Notes: a model not told the origin generated them from the sequence alone. 15,507 nucleotides of DNA from a virus (IMGVR_UViG_2778261457_000008:1-15507); one strand, 5' to 3'. Shown: positions 1-7,785, counted from the first letter of the stretch. Numbers and translations are program-made.

Positions 1-1248
1 ATGGCACTGAATATTCCATTCAGAAATGCGTACTATCGTTTTGCATCCAGTTACTCATTTCTCTTTTTTATTTCCTGGTCGCTGTGGTGGTCGTTATACG
101 CTATTTGGCTGAAAGGACATCTAGGGTTGACAGGGACGGAATTAGGTACACTTTATTCGGTCAACCAGTTTACCAGCATTCTATTTATGATGTTCTACGG
201 CATCGTTCAGGATAAACTCGGTCTGAAGAAACCGCTCATCTGGTGTATGAGTTTCATCCTGGTCTTGACCGGACCGTTTATGATTTACGTTTATGAACCG
301 TTACTGCAAAGCAATTTTTCTGTAGGTCTAATTCTGGGGGCGCTATTTTTTGGCTTGGGGTATCTGGCGGGATGCGGTTTGCTTGATAGCTTCACCGAAA
401 AAATGGCGCGAAATTTTCATTTCGAATATGGAACAGCGCGCGCCTGGGGATCTTTTGGCTATGCTATTGGCGCGTTCTTTGCCGGCATATTTTTTAGTAT
501 CAGTCCCCATATCAACTTCTGGTTGGTCTCGCTATTTGGCGCTGTATTTATGATGATCAACATGCGTTTTAAAGATAAGGATCACCAGTGCGTAGCGGCA
601 GATGCGGGAGGGGTAAAAAAAGAGGATTTTATCGCAGTTTTCAAGGATCGAAACTTCTGGGTTTTCGTCATATTTATTGTGGGGACGTGGTCTTTCTATA
701 ACATTTTTGATCAACAACTTTTTCCTGTCTTTTATGCAGGTTTATTCGAATCACACGATGTAGGAACGCGCCTGTATGGTTATCTCAACTCATTCCAGGT
801 GGTACTCGAAGCGCTGTGCATGGCGATTATTCCTTTCTTTGTGAATCGGGTAGGGCCAAAAAATGCATTACTTATCGGAGTTGTGATTATGGCGTTGCGT
901 ATCCTTTCCTGCGCGCTGTTCGTTAACCCCTGGATTATTTCATTAGTGAAGTTGTTACATGCCATTGAGGTTCCACTTTGTGTCATATCCGTCTTCAAAT
1001 ACAGCGTGGCAAACTTTGATAAGCGCCTGTCGTCGACGATCTTTCTGATTGGTTTTCAAATTGCCAGTTCGCTTGGGATTGTGCTGCTTTCAACGCCGAC
1101 TGGGATACTCTTTGACCACGCAGGCTACCAGACAGTTTTCTTCGCAATTTCGGGTATTGTCTGCCTGATGTTGCTATTTGGCATTTTCTTCTTGAGTAAA
1201 AAACGCGAGCAAATAGTTATGGAAACGCCTGTACCTTCAGCAATATAG
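1..1248 (+). CDS. cscB: Sucrose:H+ symporter, LacY-family oligosaccharide/H+ symporter (MFS); host flank
   Basis: 415-aa ORF with about 12 hydrophobic segments; N-terminus MALNIPFRNAYYRF and the GIVQDKLGLKK loop match my recollection of CscB/LacY; csc loci are known to lie beside argW. Confidence 0.8.
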   Translation: MALNIPFRNAYYRFASSYSFLFFISWSLWWSLYAIWLKGHLGLTGTELGTLYSVNQFTSILFMMFYGIVQDKLGLKKPLIWCMSFILVLTGPFMIYVYEPLLQSNFSVGLILGALFFGLGYLAGCGLLDSFTEKMARNFHFEYGTARAWGSFGYAIGAFFAGIFFSISPHINFWLVSLFGAVFMMINMRFKDKDHQCVAADAGGVKKEDFIAVFKDRNFWVFVIFIVGTWSFYNIFDQQLFPVFYAGLFESHDVGTRLYGYLNSFQVVLEALCMAIIPFFVNRVGPKNALLIGVVIMALRILSCALFVNPWIISLVKLLHAIEVPLCVISVFKYSVANFDKRLSSTIFLIGFQIASSLGIVLLSTPTGILFDHAGYQTVFFAISGIVCLMLLFGIFFLSKKREQIVMETPVPSAI

Positions 1249-1257
1249 ACGTAAACT

Positions 1258-1301
1258 TTTTCCGGTTGTTGTCGATAGCTCTATATCCCTCAACCGGAAA
1301 A
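1258..1301. repeat. Perfect 11-bp inverted repeat TTTTCCGGTTG / CAACCGGAAAA with 22-bp spacer, 10 bp after the cscB stop
   Basis: Read directly from sequence; no T-run follows, so not a canonical intrinsic terminator. Confidence 0.5.
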
Positions 1302-1689
1302 TAATAATAGTAAAATGCTTAGCCCTGCTAATAATCGCCTAATCCAAACGCCTCATTCATGTTCTGGTACAGTCGCTCAAATGTACTTCAGATGCGCGGT
1401 TCGCTGATTTCCAGGACATTGTCGTCATTCAGTGACCTGTCCCGTGTATCACGGTCCTGCGAATTCATCAAGGAATGCATTGCGGAGTGAAGTATCGAGT
1501 CACGCCATATTTCGCTATCAGGATTCTGTGTGATGGTTACATCGCCCGGCCCAGGGCTGTTTAGTCATCAGCGCTTTCTGACAGTGCTGAGATTTCAACC
1601 TGTTGCAGTAAAAATGAGTAGATATAAGGCAAGTGTGCTGCCAAACCCATCTTTTACGGGGTGAAGGTAGATTTCGTTTGAAGGGTATC

Positions 1690-1704
1690 TGGTGTCCCCT
1701 GCAG
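1690..1704 (-). mobile_element. Attachment-site core: 15 nt equal to a tRNA 3' end (T-stem 3' half, acceptor stem, discriminator, CCA); recalled as argW
   Basis: Minus strand reads CTGCAGGGGACACCA; it lies between the host cscB flank and the first phage gene; no complete tRNA is present in the window. Confidence 0.6.
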
Positions 1705-1777
1705 ACATCTACTTGACGCGGCAGGGGATTGATTAGAATGGTGTTTTTTAGGTGTGAGAAATATTTTACCCGCTATT

Positions 1778-1978
1778 TTACCCATTGGCGCGGCTTAAGA
1801 GCTTATTTTTGAATTCACAATGGTCACGATATAACCATCTTGCTCGCCCGTGGATAACTTTGGCTTTAGGCAGGTCGCCGGACTTAATCCGGTCATAGAT
1901 GAAGGTTTTACCGAAGCCAGTATCGGCCATGATGAATTTCAAATCAACCAGTGAATCAGGCTGTAGTTCGTGTTGCAT
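1778..1978 (-). CDS. torI: Excisionase / recombination directionality factor, AlpA-Xis winged-helix family (TorI-like)
   Basis: 66-aa product MQHELQPDSLVDLKFIMADTGFGKTFIYDRIKSGDLPKAKVIHGRARW…; GGAG 9 nt upstream of this ATG; the track's upstream ATG at 1993 has no SD; position next to att without int matches KplE1-type layout. Confidence 0.7.
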   Translation of the reverse strand: MQHELQPDSLVDLKFIMADTGFGKTFIYDRIKSGDLPKAKVIHGRARWLYRDHCEFKNKLLSRANG

Positions 1979-1995
1979 GAGTGCTATCTCCAAAT

Positions 1996-2013
1996 AGGGA
2001 ATCGAACCTGCAA
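1996..2013 (-). repeat. tRNA T-arm fragment (minus strand TTGCAGGTTCGATTCC) that continues the same tRNA as the 1690-1704 core
   Basis: 16-nt match to variable loop + T-stem 5' half + T-loop; the T-stem 3' half is missing here and is found at 1700-1704. Confidence 0.5.
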
Positions 2014-2020
2014 ATCAGGC

Positions 2021-2043
2021 AATAAAAAACCGCCATCAGGCGG
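2021..2043 (-). terminator. Intrinsic terminator on minus strand (stem CCGCC/GGCGG, loop TGAT, then TTTTTTATT)
   Basis: Hairpin plus U-run read from sequence; overlaps the stop of the 55-aa gene and lies just upstream of torI. Confidence 0.5.
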
Positions 2044-2203
2044 TTTGGTGTTCTTTCAGTTCTTCAATTCGAATATTGGTTACGTCTGCATGTGCTATCT
2101 GCGCCCATATCATCCAGTGGTCATAGCAGTCATTGATGTTCTCTGCTTCGATAACTCTGTTGAATGGTTCTCCATTCCATTCACCTGTGACTCGGAAGTG
2201 CAT
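2036..2203 (-). CDS. Small hypothetical prophage protein (55 aa), missed by the ORF track (<60 aa)
   Basis: ATG at 2203 preceded by GGAG with 7-nt spacing; open frame MHFRVTGEWNGEPFNRVIEAENINDCYDHWMIWAQIAHADVTNIRIEELKEHQTA; terminator follows. Confidence 0.5.
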   Translation of the reverse strand: MHFRVTGEWNGEPFNRVIEAENINDCYDHWMIWAQIAHADVTNIRIEELKEHQTA

Positions 2204-2361
2204 TTATCATCTCCATAAAACAAAACCCGCCGTAGCGAGTTCAGATAAAAGAAATCCCCGCGAGTGCGAGGATTGTTATTGTCTTTTCTTCGTGCATTTG
2301 TCGCACTTTCGGCACCATCCAGATAGGCACATCCGTCCGCAATTAACACATATAGGCCACA

Positions 2362-2643
2362 TCATTTTTCCTCTTTTGGTTTATGAATCTGAATGGTTAT
2401 GCCGCTTTGAGTGGTGACTACAATGACAGAACCAGGCTGAAGACTGTTAAGATTGAATGCTTCGTAAAACGAATCAAAGGCCAGCGCTTTTTTATTCTTT
2501 CGGTTCCACCAACGCCATCCCTTGCTACAGGCTACACTGACAATCCACTGTCCACTCCTGTAAGCCATATAAAACCAGATGAGCAAAACCTGAAGGAAGG
2601 CTATCCAGTCAATAATCGTATATTTCGCGAAGGAGTCCATCAT
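2362..2643 (-). CDS. Hypothetical small membrane protein (93 aa)
   Basis: ATG at 2643 with AGGAGG 4 nt upstream and ATGA overlap with the upstream gene's stop; one clear hydrophobic helix (IIDWIAFLQVLLIWFYMAY); the track's longer start at 2697 would overlap the upstream gene by 58 nt. Confidence 0.5.
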   Translation of the reverse strand: MMDSFAKYTIIDWIAFLQVLLIWFYMAYRSGQWIVSVACSKGWRWWNRKNKKALAFDSFYEAFNLNSLQPGSVIVVTTQSGITIQIHKPKEEK

Positions 2644-3362
2644 TTCGCCTCCTGCGGCGGTTCTGGTAGCGGCATCCAGTGGGTTACTCCATGCCATATA
2701 CCAGTTAAGGTTTCAAACCTTGGCTCTCTGCCTTTCTGTGTCTTGGCATATTCATTCCTTGTATATACGCATTGTCTAACTGCATATCCATTCCATCCAA
2801 TAACTGTTTGTCTAATTTCAGGCATTCGCTCACTACAGCTTATCCAACCATCCGGAGTTACCGGAGAGTTGCCATCCAGCGCGTTCAACTTGTAAGCCTG
2901 GCTTACAGGTTCGGCACTATGAAGCATGGCAGCGCGGCAGGCGTTCCAGCCTTGAACCTTAGCTATTGCCACAACTGCATCGGTAAAGAACATTCTCGCG
3001 GTATCTGGCTCCGGCATTTCATCCGGCACAGCTTGCTGCGGTAACTGTGGTACAGTCAGTGACTCCAATTCAGCGATACGCTTCTCTGCGGCTTCCAGTT
3101 CATCAAGCAGCGCCAAGACGGTAGCCGGATTGGCTGCAGCGATGAATTCAGCATTGGCCTGCTGTTCCATTTGGAAATCTTCATCGAAACCGCTTTCAGG
3201 ATGCGCTCCTTCAATTATGCAAATAGGAAGATATCCAACAACTTCACGATGAATTAGCGCATCACCAGCATCAAGTTTCTCCTCTCCATATTCGAGCGAC
3301 CACACACCACACGTTGCTTTCTCTGCCTTTTCACGCAGTGCCTGATAATCAATCTTGCTCAC
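2640..3362 (-). CDS. Ead/Ea22-like early accessory protein with DUF551-like C-terminus
   Basis: 240 aa; motifs NPATVLALLDELEAAEKR and C-terminal HGVTHWMPLPEPP recalled from Ead/Ea22 and DUF551 families; GTG start with AGGAGG 6 nt upstream, GTGA overlap with upstream gene. Confidence 0.6.
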   Translation of the reverse strand: MSKIDYQALREKAEKATCGVWSLEYGEEKLDAGDALIHREVVGYLPICIIEGAHPESGFDEDFQMEQQANAEFIAAANPATVLALLDELEAAEKRIAELESLTVPQLPQQAVPDEMPEPDTARMFFTDAVVAIAKVQGWNACRAAMLHSAEPVSQAYKLNALDGNSPVTPDGWISCSERMPEIRQTVIGWNGYAVRQCVYTRNEYAKTQKGREPRFETLTGIWHGVTHWMPLPEPPQEAK

Positions 3363-3898
3363 TGGTTGCCTCCTTTGCGAAGCTGGGCGGCGAATTTCTG
3401 TGCCTCTTTCTGGATGAATAGCTTTTCGCTGAAGTTATGGTACTGACCGAACATCTCCACGCCCTGCGCCCGAACTTCAGCCATGAAGGCGTCGGTGGCT
3501 GGGTGCTCTGTCTGGCTATGCATTGCCCATTCAGATAAGTACTCGAAGCAACGGCGAAACTCCTGCCAATCACTGCACATGTTTAGATTTCCGCCTTCAC
3601 ACTCGAACTGGTAATTCTCTAAACGGTCTGCAAACGCTATGCCATTCTCGATGGCACCAAGTGGAATATCAGACTTCATCCCCGCATTCTCTGCCGTAAG
3701 CGCCGCGCACTTGGCCTCAAGGTTATCAATCGTGATTCCAGCAGAACGACACTCCCGCAACGCCGTTTCCAGTTTTGATTCAAGTTCACCGAACTTACGG
3801 ACAAGATATTCAGCGTTTGTTTCGTTAACCTTTAAATCTCGTGGGATGCATTTACCTTTCAGAAAACCATCCATCTCAATTAGTGACATTTGTTTCAT
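3359..3898 (-). CDS. Hypothetical early-left protein (about 179 aa)
   Basis: Long open frame; I place the start at ATG 3898 (GGAG upstream) rather than the track's GTG at 3916, which has no SD; no recognisable domain. Confidence 0.5.
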   Translation of the reverse strand: MKQMSLIEMDGFLKGKCIPRDLKVNETNAEYLVRKFGELESKLETALRECRSAGITIDNLEAKCAALTAENAGMKSDIPLGAIENGIAFADRLENYQFECEGGNLNMCSDWQEFRRCFEYLSEWAMHSQTEHPATDAFMAEVRAQGVEMFGQYHNFSEKLFIQKEAQKFAAQLRKGGNQ

Positions 3899-4055
3899 TT
3901 CTTCCCACTCCGCCACATCGCATTCAGATATTTGTTGTCATTAACAGAACCGAAACTCTTTCTCTTAAGCAATTCCTCTCTCGATGGCATTGGCTTTACG
4001 CGTTGGCGAATAATCATTTCTGCCGGAAGAATGCCGGGGTTGTATGCAAGTTCTC

Positions 4056-4346
4056 TCATGATTTACTCTCCACGACCTGGTCAATAGCCATGCTAAGTGA
4101 CATACCTAAAGTTTCGATATGCTGCTGAATATCCTGTAGCGTCTGCGCCTGAGATAACAGGATTTCACGGTTACATAACTCTTTAACCAGATGCTCAAAC
4201 TTGCTGTAATAACCGATACGGCTTAGTGTTTCTTTCCCTGCATTCTCACCTTCTTTGATAATTCCTCTTTCACTAAGAATCAGGTCGTGTTTGGTTCCGG
4301 TAATAACGTATTTGCCGAGGTCGATGTTTAGCTTCATTGTTTTCAT
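4056..4346 (-). CDS. Hypothetical protein (96 aa)
   Basis: ATG at 4346 with GAGGA 7 nt upstream, overlapping the upstream gene's stop; the track's longer N-terminal extension lacks an SD. Confidence 0.45.
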   Translation of the reverse strand: MKTMKLNIDLGKYVITGTKHDLILSERGIIKEGENAGKETLSRIGYYSKFEHLVKELCNREILLSQAQTLQDIQQHIETLGMSLSMAIDQVVESKS

Positions 4347-4356
4347 TGTTAATTCC

Positions 4357-4650
4357 TCAGTCATTACTGATAGCGCCATAACGTGAGCGGTAATTACGCA
4401 GGCGCGGGTCAATTTCAGGGAAGTGGGTATATGTGGCTTTGCGGAATGGTCGGATTGATGTCTGGTAAATTCGCTCGCGTTCTTCTTTCTCTGCAAGCCA
4501 TATACAGTGGCGAAATTCCTTTTCCTCTTTCGTTTCCTGCGGTAGCGACATTATCAGGTCGTAGTTTTTTCTGAATTTATCCAGCACCTCCGATACGGAA
4601 TTGCCGGAACAGCGGCGCGCGTCGTCCGCACCATACAGAGGCGCTGGCAT
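4357..4650 (-). CDS. Hypothetical protein (97 aa)
   Basis: ATG at 4650 with AGGAG 6 nt upstream; tight packing with neighbours. Confidence 0.55.
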   Translation of the reverse strand: MPAPLYGADDARRCSGNSVSEVLDKFRKNYDLIMSLPQETKEEKEFRHCIWLAEKEERERIYQTSIRPFRKATYTHFPEIDPRLRNYRSRYGAISND

Positions 4651-4663
4651 GATTTTCTCCTGA

Positions 4664-5143
4664 TTAAATTGCGTGAATAGCGTGACGAGGGAAGGGGAGA
4701 GTTACTGGTTCCTCGTCTGGGTAGATAGGTTTGTTATGTTTGTGCCACTCGACATGACATGACTTGCAGAGCCACATCACATCGGTTGGTTTGCTGTAGT
4801 CGCAGTGGTGCGCCTGTGGTTTACATTCTGATCCGCAGCACTCACATTGTGGTGGTCGGATTAGCTTACCGTCGCGCAAAAAATTACCCACAATGATGTG
4901 GGCTTTTCTTTTCCATGGGTTGCTCTGAATGAACCGCTTTTTGGCTGCGTTACACCGTTCTCTTCCGCGTTCCGATGATTGATATTCTCTCCTTGCTGAT
5001 ACTCGATGTGGCAATCCAGCGCGTTCTTTGTCGTATTCAGCCAGGCAAGCCCGGCAAGCGGCAGTTAATCCATCTCTGGATGCTCTTCTGATTTGAAAGT
5101 CCCTTTCTTCCTTCTGTTGATGGCATCTTGAGCAGATTTTCAT
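4664..5143 (-). CDS. HNH endonuclease with N-terminal Cys-rich region
   Basis: 159 aa; C-terminal motif …CECCGSECKPQAHHCDYSKPTDVMWLCKSCHVEWH typical of the HNH fold; AGGAG 6 nt upstream of the ATG. Confidence 0.65.
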   Translation of the reverse strand: MKICSRCHQQKEERDFQIRRASRDGLTAACRACLAEYDKERAGLPHRVSARREYQSSERGRERCNAAKKRFIQSNPWKRKAHIIVGNFLRDGKLIRPPQCECCGSECKPQAHHCDYSKPTDVMWLCKSCHVEWHKHNKPIYPDEEPVTLPFPRHAIHAI

Positions 5144-5152
5144 ATTCAGCTC

Positions 5153-5626
5153 CTAGAACGGAATATCCGAATCGTCGAAGTTCATAGGTGGTTCGCTGTG
5201 ATTTCCCTGCTGCTGAGGTTGCTGTCTTTGTTGCTGACCATTATTTCGCTGAGGTGAAGACTGTTCATTGCCTCCTTGCTTGCCACCAAGCATTTGCATG
5301 GTTCCACCAACGCCCACGATGACTTCGGTAGTGAACCTATCCTGTCCGCTTTGATCCTGCCATTTTCTTGTCCGTAATTTGCCTTCAAGATAAACCTCAG
5401 AGCCTTTTCGCAGATATTCGCTGGCAATTTCTGCCAGTTTCCCGCTCATTACCACACGGTGCCACTCCGTCTGCTCCTTTTGCTCTCCAGTTTGCTTATC
5501 ACGCCATTGTTCTGACGTAGCAACTGTAAGGTTTGCAAATGCCGTTCCTGATGGTGAATATCTGATTTCTGGATCATGCCCAAGGCGACCAATAATGATC
5601 ACCTTATTTACGCCTCTACTTCCCAT
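5153..5626 (-). CDS. ssb: Single-stranded DNA-binding protein
   Basis: 157 aa; OB-fold N-terminus, Gly/Gln-rich linker and acidic tail ending DDSDIPF. Confidence 0.85.
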   Translation of the reverse strand: MGSRGVNKVIIIGRLGHDPEIRYSPSGTAFANLTVATSEQWRDKQTGEQKEQTEWHRVVMSGKLAEIASEYLRKGSEVYLEGKLRTRKWQDQSGQDRFTTEVIVGVGGTMQMLGGKQGGNEQSSPQRNNGQQQRQQPQQQGNHSEPPMNFDDSDIPF

Positions 5627-6334
5627 TTATGCCGCCTGTTTTAGTTCGTTAACTCTGATGTTCATTACCTGAACGCATTTAGCCTGCGCCTCCTCGTTGC
5701 CAGCCATTAATTGCCAGTCACGCTGATAACGCTCGATGAGTTTTTTCTTGTCAGTTTCTGTTGACGCATAATCGCTGAAGTCTTTCAGGATTTGTTCGCA
5801 GTCAACCGATGGAGATTTCTGGTTGGTATTTTCTGGTGATGGTTTGTTATCTGATGCTGGGATTGCCCATCCCGGCAGCGATGGAGGGAGCCAGTAAAAT
5901 CCTGTTCCATCCTTCAGTTTTGCCCTGTGCCACCCCTGCTTTTTATCGAGAGATGTTTGTGCGAAACCTTCCTCAAGGTTATACAGATACCGACCGATTC
6001 CCCACTGAACGGCAGCACGCTTCATTGCACCGGAACGACCACCTTTTACGGCTTCTACCTGCGTGTTTTCAGCGGCATCCCATTTGGTTACCCATTCGGA
6101 ATCAATCTTGATTGATATGCCGCATTCAACTCCGCCGTTGTTGGGAATATCGCGGTATTCATTGCGCCATCCTGCTTTGCCGCAAACATCGTCCAGGCGT
6201 TTCATGATTGCCCGGTTCGTGACATAAGCCAGCACCATAGCCCACACCTTGCCATCGCGTGTTTTACCGCTTTGCTGTATTCGCCATTCGATATCTTCAG
6301 GGCTGAATGGCTCATCGAATTTATTCAAATCCAT
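5627..6334 (-). CDS. Rad52/Sak-like single-strand annealing protein (recombinase)
   Basis: 235 aa; pattern …GGRSGAMKRAAVQWGIGRYLY… resembles Rad52-fold annealing proteins; sits in the bet/erf slot beside ssb; GAGGTG 4 nt upstream of ATG. Confidence 0.55.
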   Translation of the reverse strand: MDLNKFDEPFSPEDIEWRIQQSGKTRDGKVWAMVLAYVTNRAIMKRLDDVCGKAGWRNEYRDIPNNGGVECGISIKIDSEWVTKWDAAENTQVEAVKGGRSGAMKRAAVQWGIGRYLYNLEEGFAQTSLDKKQGWHRAKLKDGTGFYWLPPSLPGWAIPASDNKPSPENTNQKSPSVDCEQILKDFSDYASTETDKKKLIERYQRDWQLMAGNEEAQAKCVQVMNIRVNELKQAA

Positions 6335-6342
6335 AATTCACC

Positions 6343-6531
6343 TCAGAATGGTAATTCGGATGGGGAGGAAAGAAATTCGCGCTCATTCATGCGCTCTCTT
6401 TGTGCTTGCCATAAACAAAGTTGTTTCTTTGATTTATCTCCCGCTTTACGCCAGTAACGAGCCTCAGCAATGTGATATTCTCTTTTTAATCGACTTAACT
6501 CTGGAGTTTTCGCCAGCTCTACCGGAATCAT
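6343..6531 (-). CDS. Hypothetical small basic protein (62 aa)
   Basis: ATG at 6531 with GGAGG 5 nt upstream; ATGA overlap with the kil stop. Confidence 0.45.
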   Translation of the reverse strand: MIPVELAKTPELSRLKREYHIAEARYWRKAGDKSKKQLCLWQAQRERMNEREFLSSPSELPF

Positions 6532-6641
6532 TTAGACCTCCATTTTCTGTAGGCTTCGACGGCCTCACGAAACATCTTTTCATCGCCAATAAAAGTGGCG
6601 ATAGTGAATTTAGTCTGAATAGCCATAAGTGTTTTATCCAT
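6528..6641 (-). CDS. kil: Kil-like host-killing / cell-division inhibitor (37 aa)
   Basis: MDKTLMAIQTKFTIATFIGDEKMFREAVEAYRKWRSK matches my recollection of lambda Kil; its ATG overlaps the cIII stop (ATGGATAA). Confidence 0.5.
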   Translation of the reverse strand: MDKTLMAIQTKFTIATFIGDEKMFREAVEAYRKWRSK

Positions 6642-6780
6642 TTTTTGGAACTCCTGGCTGATTAAGTACGTCGATGAGTCGTTTCCATCCGTCACGTAAT
6701 TTACGGGTGATTCGTTCAAGTAAAGATTCATTTAGTTGGAAGGCACCCATGCGAGCGCCTCCCGCGATTGCGTAAATCAT
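6634..6780 (-). CDS. cIII: CIII (FtsH/HflB inhibitor stabilising CII)
   Basis: 48-aa product MIYAIAGGARMGAFQLNESLLERITRKLRDGWKRLIDVLNQPGVPKNG; central helix matches recalled lambda CIII; AAGGAA 6 nt upstream; not in the ORF track, which instead fuses frames into 6528..6731. Confidence 0.6.
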   Translation of the reverse strand: MIYAIAGGARMGAFQLNESLLERITRKLRDGWKRLIDVLNQPGVPKNG

Positions 6781-6804
6781 GGGTGGTTCCTTATGTTGGT
6801 TTTA

Positions 6805-7773
6805 TTAGTAGGTTATTTTTGTTGCGAATACTTCGCCTTTTACGATGGCTGTTATGATATTTTTAGCAACATCTTCTGATGCGCCAACCTTGATAAGGTC
6901 AGCAAGTATTTTGTTATTTACTTCTTTTCGGTGAGCTTTATCCTTTGCTCTACACTCTTCTTCTTCCTTGATTCTTTTTTCTTCTGCTATTCTGGCTTGC
7001 TCTTTTGCTTCAGCCTCGCGCCGGATTCGTTCAGCCTCCTCCTGTGCTTTTCGGCGTTCTGCTTCAATTGCCGCATGCTTTTCTCTTTCAGCTCGTTCTG
7101 CTGCCTCTTTTGCTTCGCGCTGTGCTCGTTGCTCGGCTTCAATGCGTTCACGCTCTGCACGTTCCGCTGCGGCCTTAGCTTCTGCTTCTCGCCTTGCTGC
7201 TGCTTCAATTTCGGCTTTTGCCTTTGCTTCGGCTTCAGCTCTGGCTTTCTCTTCAGCTTCTCTTTTTAAGCGTTCTTCATGCTCTCGCTTTTCCTGCTCC
7301 GCTTTGAGTCTTGCCTCTTCTCTTTGGCGGTCAAATTCGCGATCCATCAAAATCGCTATTTCATGGTCAGACTCAATTTGCTTTGCGAGAGCTTCAGCTG
7401 CTGCCCTAGCTTCTTCTTCGGCTTTAATCCGCGCCTGTTCTTCCTCATAATCAGTAAGAGGCTGGCGTGCCTTGGCTTTCAGCTCATCAAGGCGATCACG
7501 CACTGTCTTGCGGTTGGCATCAATTAGCTTTGGAATTTCCTTCAGTTCAGCAACAAGGTCTTTGCCAAGACCATCGAGATATGTTTTCGTCTGCGCAACT
7601 TTATACGCCAGAGAAGCGATCTCCTTTCTGCCCTTTGCCGTTGTGATATCAGGCACAAAGGACATAACTTCACGTTCAACCTTTTGAAGGATTTCTTCAA
7701 TCTGGCCGGCAGACTGAAATACAGTCATTGCATTTGCTTTTTCAATAACAACTAAATCTGTTACTTCACTCAT
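6805..7773 (-). CDS. Hypothetical phage protein with long Glu/Ala/Arg/Lys-rich coiled-coil (322 aa)
   Basis: ATG at 7773 with GGAGG 4 nt upstream; the track's start at 7827 lies inside the upstream terminator hairpin; about 150 residues of EAKAEAE/RREAE repeats. Confidence 0.6.
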   Translation of the reverse strand: MSEVTDLVVIEKANAMTVFQSAGQIEEILQKVEREVMSFVPDITTAKGRKEIASLAYKVAQTKTYLDGLGKDLVAELKEIPKLIDANRKTVRDRLDELKAKARQPLTDYEEEQARIKAEEEARAAAEALAKQIESDHEIAILMDREFDRQREEARLKAEQEKREHEERLKREAEEKARAEAEAKAKAEIEAAARREAEAKAAAERAERERIEAEQRAQREAKEAAERAEREKHAAIEAERRKAQEEAERIRREAEAKEQARIAEEKRIKEEEECRAKDKAHRKEVNNKILADLIKVGASEDVAKNIITAIVKGEVFATKITY

Positions 7774-7785
7774 ATATCCTCCGTC

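Noticed and set aside
1713-1739. Plus-strand promoter-like TTGACG-N15-TAGAAT between the att core and the excisionase stop
   Set aside because: The 15-bp spacer is suboptimal and it would drive antisense transcription into the excisionase gene; could be a chance match or a remnant of the int-side promoter in attP, so not called
1399-1772. Open minus-strand frames of 55-85 codons in the host spacer
   Set aside because: No start codon with SD and no recognisable motif; they cross the att core and are most likely non-coding
1970-2349. Track ORFs 1970..2218 (+) and 2110..2349 (-)
   Set aside because: They overlap the SD-supported 55-aa gene (2036-2203) and its terminator in the wrong frame or strand; no SD
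2383-3044. Plus-strand ORFs of 170 and 90 aa
   Set aside because: Antisense to the tightly coupled Ead/Ea22-like and membrane-protein genes; no SD
6528-6731. Track ORF of 67 aa on the minus strand
   Set aside because: No SD at its ATG; the region is better explained by the SD-bearing 48-aa cIII (6634-6780) and the coupled 37-aa kil (6528-6641)
6931-7687. Several plus-strand ORFs (112, 160, 82 and 71 aa) rich in Ser/Ala/Cys/Phe
   Set aside because: They are antisense to the coiled-coil gene and arise from its low-complexity repeat; no SD and implausible composition
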